NCBI RefSeq assembly: GCF_006345805.1
Contig: NC_043008.1
Coordinates: 36,704,001 to 36,768,000 of the forward strand
DNA from: Octopus sinensis
Taxonomy: Eukaryota
DNA length: 64,000 bases
Direction: 5' to 3'
The position numbers and the translations under genes are program-made. This document shows, piece after piece, positions 23,891 through 36,728 of the stretch (its first letter is position 1; each line of letters begins with the position of its first letter). The notes beneath the pieces were generated by a model, which was not told the origin of the DNA, did not search any database, and saw only the letters and a program-made list of their open reading frames with translations.

Positions 23891-25694
23891 TAGAGATAGA
23901 GAGAGAGAGAGAGGGAATTTCATACAGCATTTGTGAATCCAAGGTTAAGCTACCTTATTTCATTGGTAAAACGAAATATATTTCATGATAAAAATCTATC
24001 CAGTTATATTCTATGGATTTATCGAAAGGAATCTAGCAAAAGTTGAAAGTTGCTTTCACTGTAAAAAGAGACTCGTTAGCTTTTCTTTGGGTTTGCTTTC
24101 ATTGTCGAACTAAAACTGATTAGATTTTGCATTTTTATTTTTTACCTGTATATCTAGTTTACCTGCATTTCATTTATTTTCATGAACTGTGATTTTCTTT
24201 TTAGTTGTGTGTGTGTGTTTATATTGGTTTATGTATGCATATGTGCATGTGTGTGGTGTGAGTGATTTGAGAATGGGTGGTTGAGTGGGTGGTAAATATT
24301 GCTTAATTTTTGGAAACATCATTTCAAGTTATAGACAGATAAACAGATATATTGACAGAGGTGGGTAGAGAGAGTGAGAGAGAATGAGGGAGAGAGAGAG
24401 AGAGAGAGAAGAGTGCATGTAGAGTGGTAATGGGGAAAGAGGGAGAAGGTGAAGCTTTGTTAGATGGAATGAAAATCCTATTTTGTAAATAACAGTGATA
24501 ATGTTTTTTGTTATATGAATAAAAAAAAGTAAATGTTTTTCTTAACCATTTTTGTGTTAATGTGATATGTATGTGTTTGTGTGTGTATATATAGATATTT
24601 ATATGTATTTATGTATATTTATGCATGTATATATAATGTGTATGTTTGTATATATATGTGTGTGTGTTTTTATATATTTATATTTTACATGTGTATGTAT
24701 ATATATAGATGTTTATATATATTTAATATATAAGTATTTTTATATTTATGTTTATATATTTATATATATATAATGTTTATATATACATCTATTTATATTT
24801 ATATGGCAACTTAATATACAATATAACATGTAAAGGTTGCTGTGAATAATACATTAAACAAAAAAAGTATAACACTCAAGAAAAGAATGATTATGCATCA
24901 CCAGCAGATCATGGAACCATATACAAGAAAATTTCATTTGTGTCAGCATAAAGAAGATTGTTGGGGTTAGGTTTTACCAAACTATTTAGTCTTCTCATTC
25001 TATCAGTGCAGCAATACAATAATGGAACAGCAACAAAACAGTAGAGAAATATATTTTATTTATAATTACCAGCTGAAACTTAATGAATTATGTTTTAATT
25101 AGCACACAACGCTAATTGTATTTCAACATCTTTAGAAAAAAGCAGAAAAAAAAAAACAAACAAGAGTTGGAACTTTTTGAGTAAAGTAAACTTATTTTGT
25201 TTATAAAATCAGAAATCTGTTTCTTCATCTGATGTTTGAATTAAACATTTTTCTTTCTTTTAAATCAACCTCCTTGATTCTGTATAACTAAGAAGGTCAT
25301 GTCCAGTGAGGAAAGGGCTTTGATTAACAAACAACCAATTGATTGTTTAACCACAGCTTTAAACAAATTACCAATTAGTTAGTTGGTTTGATATCTAACT
25401 AATTGTCTAACAATAAAGAAGTGGTATTGAATCAGTGAGTGTGTTACTGATGTAATGACCCTCCCAAGACACAATAAGATTTGTTTCAACACAAATTCAC
25501 ATCAAGAATTTTGCAAACCAAATACAGAAACAAAATTAAAATGTTGCTCTCTGAAAAGAATAACCAATATATGCCTTTATCAAAAAAACTTGAAGCCCAC
25601 AGACTGACAGTTATATCCCTTATCTTGGAATGACATCAAGTAGCATTTCTATCTAAAATTAATCTTACATGTTTCTCCCACTTCATGGGATAAT

Positions 25695-25758
25695 GAGAGA
25701 CTAATGTCTTAGCCACAGACATAACCAGCCTAGATAATTCATTATTAGTAAACTTGAC

Positions 25759-25806
<48 letters not shown>

Positions 25807-26215
25807 CTAGGTGTTTCCAGTCACAGACATAACCAAACAAGGTAGATTATTAGAGACAAACTGTATTAGCCACAGACATAACTAATTGAAATGTATTATC
25901 AAAAAAATTAATGTAACTACTGAGTAGGCAAGTGTTGTTTGTAGCCAGAGACATAACTAACCGAGATAGATCATGAGACTAATTGCCTTAGCTGCAGAAT
26001 AATTGAGAAGGATCATTAATAATAAACTTGACTGTTGAGAGAGTGTTTTAGGCTGAGATATAACTAAGTGCGGTAGAATGTTAATAATAAACTTGACTTT
26101 TGAAAGAGAGATTAAGTGTTTTCAGCCACAGACATGACTAAGTGATGTAGAACATAAATAATAAACATGACTGTTGTGAGAAACCGCATTTCATGCTACA
26201 GACGTAACTAGCTGT
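25695..26215. repeat. Degenerate minisatellite with core AGCCACAGACATAAC
   Basis: Eight recognisable cores at about 25711, 25819, 25867, 25944, 25990, 26051, 26125 and 26195; several are followed by AATAATAAACTTGACT; includes a (GA)n insertion. Confidence 0.75.
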
Positions 26216-26653
26216 GGTAATTGCTTAATTAGCTCTAGTTTTACTTTAATCTAATCCCTACTGGCTCCGTGTGTGACTGGAAATACTACAAACGAAAATG
26301 AAATTATGAAAGTTTTAATTGGTACCCACTACAATATTCTTAACAGGTGAAGGTGTGAGTGGAGGAGAAAGAAGAGTGTGGGGGAGGGGGTGAACAAAAA
26401 AAAATACCAAAGTAACAAAACAACAGCAAAAAAAAAAGAGAAGAAAAAAGCTTGGTAATAATTATGTTTCATAATTCCTTGTCTTCAAAGCATCTCCTCA
26501 GCATAAAGCTGTTTTCTATTATGTCTTGTTTTAATTTTTTTTGTCTTATTTTATTATATTTATATTTCTTCTTCTTCTTCTTCTTCTTCTTCTTCTTCTT
26601 CTTCTTCTTCTTCTCTGCATATATATATACACACACACATATATACATATACT

Positions 26654-26685
<32 letters not shown>

Positions 26686-26711
26686 CTTGTATAAATATAT
26701 ATATATATACT

Positions 26712-26760
<49 letters not shown>

Positions 26761-26945
26761 ACATCAGTATTATATATATCTATATCTATCTATCTATCTA
26801 TCTATATATATATATATATATATATATATGAATATATATCCATAAGTATCTCTATGTATTCATGTACATATATATGTGTGTGCATGCATGTTTCTATGAA
26901 TGTATATATACATGCATACACACATGTGTACATAAACACTCACAG

Positions 26946-26980
<35 letters not shown>

Positions 26981-27899
26981 CATGCACATGTTGCCAAAGA
27001 AGCTCAGGTGTTTGCCAGTTTCCAATTGATGAGAATTCTTCCTCGTTTAAAAAAAAAAAAAACGAAAAAACCAAAAACAACAGCAACAACAGAAAATTGT
27101 AAAAAAGTAATATGAAACAAAACAAAAATGCCTTATTTATTTATTAATCAATTTTTGCTATTAGTTTATCATGATTTACTTATTAGGTCGGTAATTAATT
27201 GGGTGTCTTGTTCGTTTAGAAGTCAACAGAATGCAAACATTTCCTGAAGCTATACTAGTTTTGGAAGTCCTGAGACTAGTGAGAACCAAAGACTGCTGAG
27301 GAAGCAATTTGGCTCCTTTTCTGTTTTTCTTTTCTTTTTTTGCAGCATATTTTTCTTTTTTGTTTGTTTTCTTTTTGTTTGCTATGCTTCTTGTTTTATT
27401 TAGGTTTTCTTTATTTACTTCTCTTTTTCTTTTTTTTTTCACCCTTTGTTACTCAAGAGTCTGTGCAACTTTAATTTCGTTAATTCTCTTGGCTCTGCTC
27501 ATTCCTTTTTGACTATTCGTCTCTCTTTTCTGTCTGTCTGTCTCTGTCTCTTTGTCTCTCTCTCTCTCTCTCTCTACCCTTCTCTCTCTTTCTCTCTCTC
27601 TGACTCTCATTCTTCCTCTTTTCTTCTTCTGCTATGATCTACATATCTTTAAAATTTCTCTTTGTCCATCTGCATCATAAATATATATACACACATACAC
27701 ACGCGCACACACGTGTGTGTGTGTATGTGTGTGTGATTTAGAAATTCTTAACCACGTGGTTTTGAGTTCTCTCCCACTGCACAGTACTTAGACTAACTGT
27801 CTTCTACTGTATTCCTAAGTAGATTAATGGAATATATATATTTACACACACACACACACAAACACAAACATGCACACACGACGTATATATGTACATACA

Positions 27900-28554
27900 C
27901 AGTAATCTCTCGACTATCGCGAATGCTACGCTCCAAAACCCCCACGATAGGTGAAAATCCAAGAAGTAGAAACAATACTATGCAGTATATATTTTTAAAA
28001 TCATTTTTATAACTTATATACATTTATTTCATTATAAATGCAAAACAACACCATGGAGGAATCAATGTACACTACCGTCAGAAATTAATTAGCACCCTTG
28101 ATTTGCTCTTCACTCAAGGTATGTGCTGTCACCTATGGCCATAGCTCGAACTATTGCTTTGTTGCGAGTTCAGTGTTGCGCAGAACGTGACGTAACTTTG
28201 TTTGCAGAGCAGTTTGAGAGTCTACACAGCCTTATGATGTTGACATAGCAGTGCAACAAATTGGAGTGCGGATGCAGACAAATCTTCCTTTGTTTAATAG
28301 ATTATAGGTAGCGCCTCGCAGGACCGAAATCACACCATACTAAGTTTTCTCATCGCGTAAGACGTTTTGAACAGCTCATAGGTTAATTGATTTACCTATT
28401 TAATGTAGAAATTTTGAGAAGTGCTAATTAATTTCTGACGCAAGTGTAAGCTTAAATAATAAGCCACAATAAGTGAACTCGCAATAGGTGAACTCACAAT
28501 AGTGAACCTCGATAGGTGAACCGCTATAGGCAAATTGTGATATGGTGAGATTAC

Positions 28555-28556
<2 letters not shown>
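27900..28556. mobile_element. Tigger/pogo-like non-autonomous DNA transposon
   Basis: Termini CAGTAATCTCTCGACTATCGCG and (reverse complement) CAGTAATCTCACCATATCAC; four sub-terminal AGGTGAAC-type repeats at about 28470-28525; TA duplication not cleanly preserved. Confidence 0.65.
28070..28446. mobile_element. Tc1/mariner-type MITE nested in the Tigger-like element
   Basis: TIRs CACTACCGTCAGAAATTAATTAGCAC and (reverse complement) CACTTGCGTCAGAAATTAATTAGCAC, with TA at 28068-28069 and 28447-28448. Confidence 0.85.
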
Positions 28557-28598
<42 letters not shown>

Positions 28599-28859
28599 TA
28601 TATATATACATATAAATAAATATAATAAAAAAAGAATAGATAGAGAGAGAGAGAGATGATAGATAGATAGATGATATAGTAAAGGTAAAATTTAATAATC
28701 ATTTATAATTAATTTTACCAATTGTTCAGTATGTTAAAAACCCATTATCGGTAAACTTATAGAAATGTATAATTATAAGCATGATTATAATTAGGGTTCA
28801 GCAAAATTACTTCACCACATACCAAAATTTAGAAATAGCAGTTAGAGTTAGGGTTAGGG

Positions 28860-28896
<37 letters not shown>

Positions 28897-29142
28897 ATTA
28901 TCTATATATATAAGCTATATATATTATTATATATATATTATATATATATATATCATAAATAAATAAATAAAACATATGCTATATACATACATATATGTAC
29001 GTACCTACCTCTACATGTATATATACATGCATATATGGGTACAGGACACCAAAAAAACGTCGAACACAATGAGAAACGAAACATAAACAACAAAACTGAG
29101 GAATGGACATATTTTTTTAACACACCGAAAAAATAGAGTACA

Positions 29143-29186
<44 letters not shown>

Positions 29187-29253
29187 TATATATATATATT
29201 ATATATATATAGATAGATAGATAGATAGAATGATAGATAGATATCATCATCAT

Positions 29254-29620
29254 CATCCTCATCATCATTTAATGTCCATTTTCCATGCTTGCACGAGCTG
29301 GACAGTTTCACAAGAGCTGGCTGGCTGGCTGGCTGGCTGGCTGGAAAGCTGTTCAGGCCTGAATTGTCTCTTCTCGCATGGTTTCTACGACTGGATACCC
29401 TTCCTAATACTATCGACTTCACTGAGTGTGCTGGGTGCTTTGTACATGCTACATATATATTGGTGCTCATATGCGTTACTGTACAGCAAGGTACCATGTA
29501 TCTCAGTTCTTTGTCATCTTGTTCTGATGTCATATTTAGGTACCGCATCCTGTGTCTTCCTGGGTCTCCCTCTTCCACGAGTTCCATCCACTAGGAGATC
29601 AGCAAACATTCCCTACCACT
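29254..29620 (-). mobile_element. RTE-clade 3' end remnant
   Basis: (GAT)n tail and UTR family, plus a GRGRPRKTQDAV segment on the minus strand near 29545-29580. Confidence 0.65.
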
Positions 29621-30369
29621 TAGCTCCTTTCTTAACTAATTAGAATTCCGTTCACATCCAGGATACAACAAATTTGATGAACAAACTCCCTTTCCTCAAA
29701 GTGTGCAGTATTTAATTTAACATCCTCATACAATTGGGTAGAAGCTCAATTAGACATGAACATGAAAGGGGGCTTTAGTGGGGAAACAAAATAGCCCTTC
29801 AAATTTAATCTCATTACCAGCATGTTGCTCAAGTGCACACAAATCTTCACTTTAATCTTTTCACTACTTTTTTTTTTCCATGAAACTCACCCAAAAGGCA
29901 TATTGTTTAAATTCAAATTTCAACTTCAGCTACAATGTTTGTAAGTTTTCACTTCTTGTTCTGTAACTTTAACAGGTTTAGTTAATTAAGTATAGCATCA
30001 CTCCTGCACCTGCATTTTTCCTGCTAAATATATATATATATAACTACATATATCACTATCTACACACACACACAAAGAGACATGCACACACACACACACA
30101 CACACCATTATGTATATGAACCAAGGTGGGGAACTGGCAGAATCATCAGCATGCATGGCAAAATGCTCATTAGTGGCATTTTGTACATCTTTACATTCTT
30201 GGTTCAAATGCTGTCGATGTTGGCTTTCAGGATCAGTGAACTAAATTCCAGCTTAGTACTGGGGCTGATACAGTCAACTAGCTCCATCCACAAAATTTCA
30301 GGCTTTGTACCTACAGTAGGAAGGATTATGTATGTTTATCTATCTGCGTGTCTGTTTATTTACATGTCT

Positions 30370-30760
30370 ATTTATGTGCTGGTGGCATGTAAAAAGCACC
30401 ATCCAATCATGGCCGTTGCCAGCCTCACCTGGCCTCTGTGCTGGTGGCACGTAAAAAGCACCATCCAATCATGGCCGTTGCCAGCCTCACCTGGCCTCTG
30501 TGCTGGTGGCATGTAAAAAGCACCATCCGACCGTGGCCGTTTGCCAGCCTCGGCTGGCACCTGTGCCGGCGGCACGTACAAAGCACCCACTACACTCATG
30601 GAGTGGTTGGCGTTAGGAAGGGCATCCACCCGTAGAAACGTTGCCAGATCAGACTGGGCCTAGTGCAGCCTTCTGGCTTCCCAGACCCCAGTTGCACCGT
30701 CCAACCCATGCCAGCATGGAAAGCGGATGCTAAACGATGGTGATGATGATGATGATTATG
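30370..30760 (+). mobile_element. RTE-type 3' UTR end with a 62-bp internal tandem repeat
   Basis: TGTGCTGGTGGCA(C/T)GTAAAAAGCACCATCCAATCATGGCCGTTGCCAGCCTCACCTGGCCTC occurs twice plus a diverged third unit, then the CCAACCCATGCCAGCATGGAAAGCGG...GATGAT tail. Confidence 0.8.
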
Positions 30761-31095
30761 ATTTCTATATAAAACTATATATGTGTGTGTATGTTTGAGC
30801 CCATAGATGAAATGAGGGCAGGCTCAGTATGATTTATCTACATACTAGAAATAACAACTGAAATTCTAGACAACATTTATTTTCTCCCCCAAATTTCACT
30901 ATTTATCACACCTTCACCCACTGGCTTTTAGAAAACAGCACTTACCCTACTGAAATACAGAATGCATCAGCACAGTTGTTACTATTTCCCCTTTAATGAA
31001 CCTACACCAAAATATTAGGTAAAATTCACCCCTCTTTTATCATTGAGAATTTTAATAGAGTTTGCATCCACACAATTGTGCTTTCTTCACCATGC

Positions 31096-31135
<40 letters not shown>

Positions 31136-31194
31136 CCTACCATGCTAGCATGGAAAGCGGATGTTAAACGATGAATATGATGATGATGGTATGT

Positions 31195-31530
31195 GTAAAT
31201 GTGGGACATAAGAAGCATCGGAAGTGGTGTGCAGGAGAGACATTTGCATTGGTATGGTCTTGTACTACAGATGGACGAGGAGAGATGTGTGAAGTGCCAC
31301 TCCCAAACAGTTGCCAGCCTCCCCTGGCCCCTGTGCCAGTGGCAAGTAAAAAGCAGCCACTACCCACTACACTCACGGAGTGGTTGGCATTAGGAAGGAC
31401 ATCCAGTTGTAGAAACACCGCCAGATCATACTGGAGCCTATTGCAACTTCCTGGCTTCCCAGACCCTGGTTGAACCATCCAACCCATGCTAGCATGGAAA
31501 ACGGACGTTAAACGATGATGATGATGATGA
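31195..31530 (+). mobile_element. RTE 3' fragment: RT C-terminal piece joined directly to the UTR tail
   Basis: WDIRSIGSGVQERHLHWYGLVLQMDEERCVKCH is followed at once by TTGCCAGCCTC... UTR and (GAT)n. Other UTR-only copies occur at about 38287-38405, 38885-39085, 46815-47135 and 59635-59780. Confidence 0.75.
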
Positions 31531-32583
31531 ATGAAGCTGTATTATCTATGATTTATTTAGCTTACATGCATTTCAAATACCTTGGCAAAGCCCAATCACC
31601 ATCTATACATTGCCATATGCATATTTAATTGATCCTTCATTTCATCAACTAAAATGCTATAAAAGAAGAGTAGTCAGGTGCCATGCTTTTCTTTTCAAAC
31701 CCAGAATGCTTCTCCTATGTTTAGCATACATTGGGATAATGTGGGAGGGTTTTACAGCAATAAACGCCAGGCCAGTAACTTCTGTTTCATTGACCCGTGT
31801 CCATGTCATGGGCAAGGAGAAGCATGTTTATCAAATCTGCTTGGTGTAATGGCAGCTAGTGGTTGTATGTATCTTGTCATGATAGAATTGTAATTTAATC
31901 TGTGATGCCATTAAGTACAGCCTAATTAATAAAAGAAGACAAAATAAATTTATTTGAATATAGAAGAAAATCTGTGTCTATCAAGAAAAATTTGCTTTTG
32001 ACTGTTGGAAGAATTTATATTGAGTGAAATAACTTTCATGAAATAAATAAAATATTGTGTATGTAGTCATGTACACACACACACACACATACACACACAC
32101 ACACATACATGCTCACACACACACTTTTATCATTAGAGGAATTTACATTAATTACATTAGTAGAATCAATAAATAAAAAAAGTAATTGAAACGAAAAAAT
32201 TCCAAATATACACACTCACATACATGCATTGTATAAATGCATACACATCTATGCACATACACATATACATATATATACACACCCACATACATACATATAT
32301 TCAATAAACACATGTTTGTGTTTGTGCATACAGTCATACGCATACTTACATATGTGCATACATTCATATTCATACTCATAAATATACTTACACTCACATT
32401 ACAAATCATAATATGGATTTACTCTAAATTTTGAACATTTTTTGTTGAGAGGAGTATCAAAAATCTAACTTAACTAAAGGATAAAACAAACTGAGGGAAT
32501 GGAAATCATTAGAATATGATACAGTGATGAAAGAATTAATTCTAATATCTGTCAGTTTGTTGATAATTTAATATATTATTATA

Positions 32584-32972
32584 ATAGCAGTATCACCCGG
32601 CATTGCTCGGGTTTGTTTTGACCCTTTAGAATTGGAATTTTTGAAAAGTAAAAATTTTGCATTATGCAACTTGTTTTTCTCTTTCAGTGAACATTTTTCT
32701 GGTTGAAATACACCGAAAAATGGTGACACAGCAGTCAAAAATTGTAAAAAATAGGGATTTTCATAGAAAAAAAGCACCTTTTTGATGTAAATAACTTTTG
32801 GTGTTAACATGGCCCGATTTGAATTTTTTCTTCTACGGAAGGAAGAGCAAGCCTTCTATCATACTCTCAATTTTGGTCAACTTGCGCTGCAGGGTCTCGA
32901 GGAGATAGTGTTAGTTGAAGGCTACCAAACCTGCTATACACAGAAAACTTCAGCTTTATATATAGAGAGATT
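32584..32972 (+). mobile_element. Helentron/Helitron-like non-autonomous element
   Basis: 5' end ATAGCAGTATCACCCGGCATTGCTCGGG contains a CCCGG..CCGGG-type hairpin; 3' end GCTTTATATATAGAGAGAT followed by T residues. Resembles Helentron-associated short elements; family call from recalled similarity. Confidence 0.55.
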
Positions 32973-34155
32973 TGTTAATCCCTATAAAGAAGTATATGCT
33001 ACAATCGAGGACTAAGAAAATAAAATTAATATATTTATGTATTAGAATACACTAATAAGTAGCATACATTTTTGAGAAAACCTAGAAAGTTCTTCCATTT
33101 AAATTTGAACACTGTAACATTAATTCATTACAGTTATTTATTAGGTTAGAGCTTCATTTAAGGATTTACAGCATCTTCTTGAGCCATAAATTTCATCCAA
33201 CATCCTCTCCATTATATGGTGGGGCACTACTTATTACTGACCATTCAATACAATATATAACAGTATTCTCTTTGAGATTCGAAATAAACTTGCTTTATAA
33301 TGTGACACTTTCTTTTCTTCGCTATTTAAATGAAGACTTAAGACTATAGAAACTAGACTTAAATTATGCTGTGGAAGTGCCTATATAATATGATTATACA
33401 TGTGTTTTTTGCAGAGCATTTGTAAATTACATTTTTTGTTCAGCATTTGTAATTCATTGGGCAGTTTTGGTGGTTTCTACATTAACATAGTTCATTAAAT
33501 CTGTCATTAAATAAGTTTACATTCAATAAGTTCATATTCCTCTTCTCCCCTGTCCACACCATGATTAGTAATGTGAGTGTGTGCATACTTATGAGCATGT
33601 GTATGAATGTATGTATACATGTGTGCATGCATGCATGCATATATATATATATGGGTGTATATATGTATATGCATGTGTGTATATATTTATAAGTATTTAT
33701 GCAATGCATGTATGTATGTCTGTTTGGCTGTGTATGCCTGTGTATGAGTGAGTATGTACACTTGGAACATTTTAATAACTATTATTTTTTTCATTTATTG
33801 ATTTTTAAGTTATGTAATTTTGCATAATATAAATTCTTCTGATGATCAAAGAGTGTGTGTATGAGTAAATACATATGGCATATTTTATTTTGTTTATTCT
33901 ATGGAATGTAATTTTACTTAATTTAAATTCACCCAACAGTCAAAAACATATTTTTCGTAATAGATACTGATTTGCTTTTATAGTTTTAATAAGTCCATTT
34001 TGTCTTCTTCTCGTAATTATGTTGTACTTAATGACATCACAAATTAAATTACAATTCTGTCTTGACAAAATACACACTACTACTAGCTATCATTTACCAT
34101 TTAACATTTAAAGTGACCATATCCAGCTGAAATTTTCCACCTATTTTATGTTTAA

Positions 34156-34375
34156 CCCTTTAGCATTCAGATTATTCTGTCAAATGTAAAACTTATGTAT
34201 TCACACCATGTAAAATTAATCTTGCATCATTTCATGGCTTTGAGATTTCAATGATGTGATTGTTTATTTTTAAAATGACACAATAAGGTAGCTATGAATG
34301 ATCATATCTGACTAGTTTGAACATAAAATAGGTAGAATATTTTGGCCGGATATGGCCAGTTTAAACACTAAAGGG
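34156..34375. mobile_element. piggyBac-like MITE (family A), complete
   Basis: TTAA-CCCTTTAG...CTAAAGGG-TTAA (TTAA at 34152-34155 and 34376-34379). Confidence 0.85.
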
Positions 34376-34380
34376 TTAAA

Positions 34381-34539
34381 GTGGCCAGATCCAGCCTTTC
34401 AGATCTTCTGTACAGATTTATTGTAAAAATAAACAATCACATTGTCAAAATCTCAAGGTGATGAGATAACTCAGGATTAATTGAAAACAATGTGATAAAT
34501 AAGCATAACATTAGACAAAGTAATCTGAACATGAAAGGG
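34381..34539. mobile_element. Truncated inverted copy of MITE family A
   Basis: Its reverse complement (CCCTTTCATGTTCAGATTACTTTGTC...GATGTGATTGTTTATTTTT...) aligns with 34156 to about 34315. Confidence 0.75.
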
Positions 34540-35409
34540 TTAGACTAAGTAGATGTGTTAAACATGAGTGTTTGTCATGTGTTAACACAGCTCTTTCTCT
34601 CTCTTTCTCTTTCTGTCTCTCTCTTCCTCTCTCTCCAGCTTTCACGTCCTTAGTGTGTTCACTGGGTCAAAGGGTAAAACTCTGAAGAGGGTCTCCATGT
34701 CTACCCATGACTCTAGGTACCTAGACAGCTTAAAACAATTAATAAAAGCATGGTGCATACAGGTGCCTTCATTTCTTCTTATCCGATACTCCAGTACCTA
34801 CTTATCACAGTACCTACTTATCACAGACTGACAGAGTCATTAGGGGCTTTATGTATTTGCTCTGACACAACTGAGGTCAAATTTAGCTTACATCCTTTTG
34901 ATAATAAATGTAACTAAGGGGAAATCATTGTTGGAACTGTATGGGTTTTGGACCACAGGCCTTGTGCAGTATTTGTTCTGTGTTCAAATTTTGTCATGAC
35001 CTATTTGGGGTTGGATGGTGGTGGTGCTGGTGTGTGTGTGTGTGTGTGTATGGTGCGGTGGTTTCATCTGTTACCCAGCTTACAACCATCATCTAGTGCT
35101 TTGCTTTACATTTAGCCAAATCCTCTCTGTTGCAAGTTTTTGTGCCTGATTTCAGGTTTGAGAATATCACCAATCACTCCCTCCTGTATGTCTAGGAAAC
35201 CTTCTAAAAAGGGTCATGGGTACTGCCTTCACAAGCGGCACTCTCTGCGCTCCTCTTACATATAAATTCAAACCATTGTTCCGCTTGTTAGTAATCTAAC
35301 ATCCTCGTGTTTCTTACTCCATTTATATCATTCTTCCATTCTTCTTCTTTCAAAGTTCACCAAACTCATTTCCATCTTCTACATGAATTGTAATGTTTTG
35401 TCAGTATCA

Positions 35410-35455
<46 letters not shown>

Positions 35456-35481
35456 CATCATCATAATCATCATCATCATCA

Positions 35482-35535
<54 letters not shown>

Positions 35536-36721
35536 GCATTATTATTATTATTATGAATAAAAGAATTATTATTATCTTTTCATCATCATCATCATCAACA
35601 TCATTATTTCTGCCATCATTGTCATCGTCACCACCACCATCACCAAAACCACCACCACCACCATCACCATCCCTTTCAGTTATATATATTTATTGAGTTA
35701 TTAATTATAATTCTTCATTCATTGTCTCATTTATAAATTTCCATTTATTTATATATTTTCATTCTTGTTTTTTTTATATATAGTTTTTTTCTTGCAATTT
35801 ACTTCTTTCATTGTTTGTTTTGGTCCTTTTTTAATACTTTTTTATTCTTCGTTACTGCTATTGCTGTTGCTGAAACAAAACTAAATTAGCAAATAAAATA
35901 ATTATTTTTGTTATCATCATAAATTTTTCGCTCCTTTTCTAAAAACTCCTTTTGTAAAACTTCTTTCCATTCTTCATTTCCTTTGTTTTTTCTTTCTTTC
36001 TTCGTTCTTCATTCCAAATTGTATCACCTGCTTCTTATACAAGAATATCCTTCCTGTGAGTCGCAGGTGAAGCTTAGACCAAAATTAAGCTATTTCCAGT
36101 CAAGAACTTCACTGAAAAAACAAAACAAAACAAACAAAAATAGTGTAATGAATTCCATTTCATTTTGTTTTAAGTGTTTTTATTATTTTTTTTTGTCATG
36201 GGTTTGTTGGTTTGTTGGTAGGATGTTGTGGTATCTAATCCTTCATTTAAACTATTGAAGAGGTGTGAAAGAAAAAAAGATGAAAAAATAACAAACAAAA
36301 AACAAAGGAATATTGACAAAAGGCAAGATTGAACAAAATAAAGTATAACAAAAAGATGCTATTTAATTTTTCTTTCAGAAGTTTCAATGACTTTGGCTTT
36401 TGGTAGCTTCAAACATATTTCCTATAGAAATTTTATTTCTTTTCAAGTTTCCTTCGTTTTTTTTTGTTATACTTTTTGTTTTTTGTTTGTTCACATTCGA
36501 CTTCTTTGGAAAGTTAATTCTTTGAAACAGAAGTTTCTAGATTAAAGTTTAACAATCATCATCATTTTCAATTGTATCACTTCATCACAATGGACAAAGT
36601 GTGTATGGTGTGTGTGTGTGTGAGTGTGAGATAGATAGATAGATAGATAGAGAGAGTGAGAGAGGCAAAGAAAGAGAGATGAAATAGTTACTTCAGTTGA
36701 TCACTGTGACCTCTTACTTAC

Positions 36722-36728
36722 CCCCACT
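36722..36728 (-). other. Candidate 7-nt microexon (AGTGGGG)
   Basis: Minus strand: long pyrimidine tract ...TTTTCTTTTTACTTTACACCTTCTAATTTGTTATGTCCATATACAG|AGTGGGG|GTAAGTAAG. Splice signals only, no homology evidence. Confidence 0.2.

Noticed and set aside
25695-26215. Possible CRISPR-like repeat-spacer array
   Set aside because: Repeats are degenerate, spacers resemble each other, there are no cas genes, and the context is eukaryotic.
28840-28862. TTAGAGTTAGGGTTAGGGTT telomere-like repeat
   Set aside because: Only two perfect units; too short to call an interstitial telomeric sequence.
31610-31893. ORFs with a signal-peptide-like start (MLLLCLAYIGIMWEGFTAINARP)
   Set aside because: Short, no supporting exon structure, and the opposite strand has a faint resemblance to a decayed RT (LGFAKVF); neither reading is supportable.
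34638-34770. Strong plus-strand acceptor after a (CT)n tract
   Set aside because: The pyrimidine tract is a microsatellite and the downstream sequence runs into SINE-like repeat.
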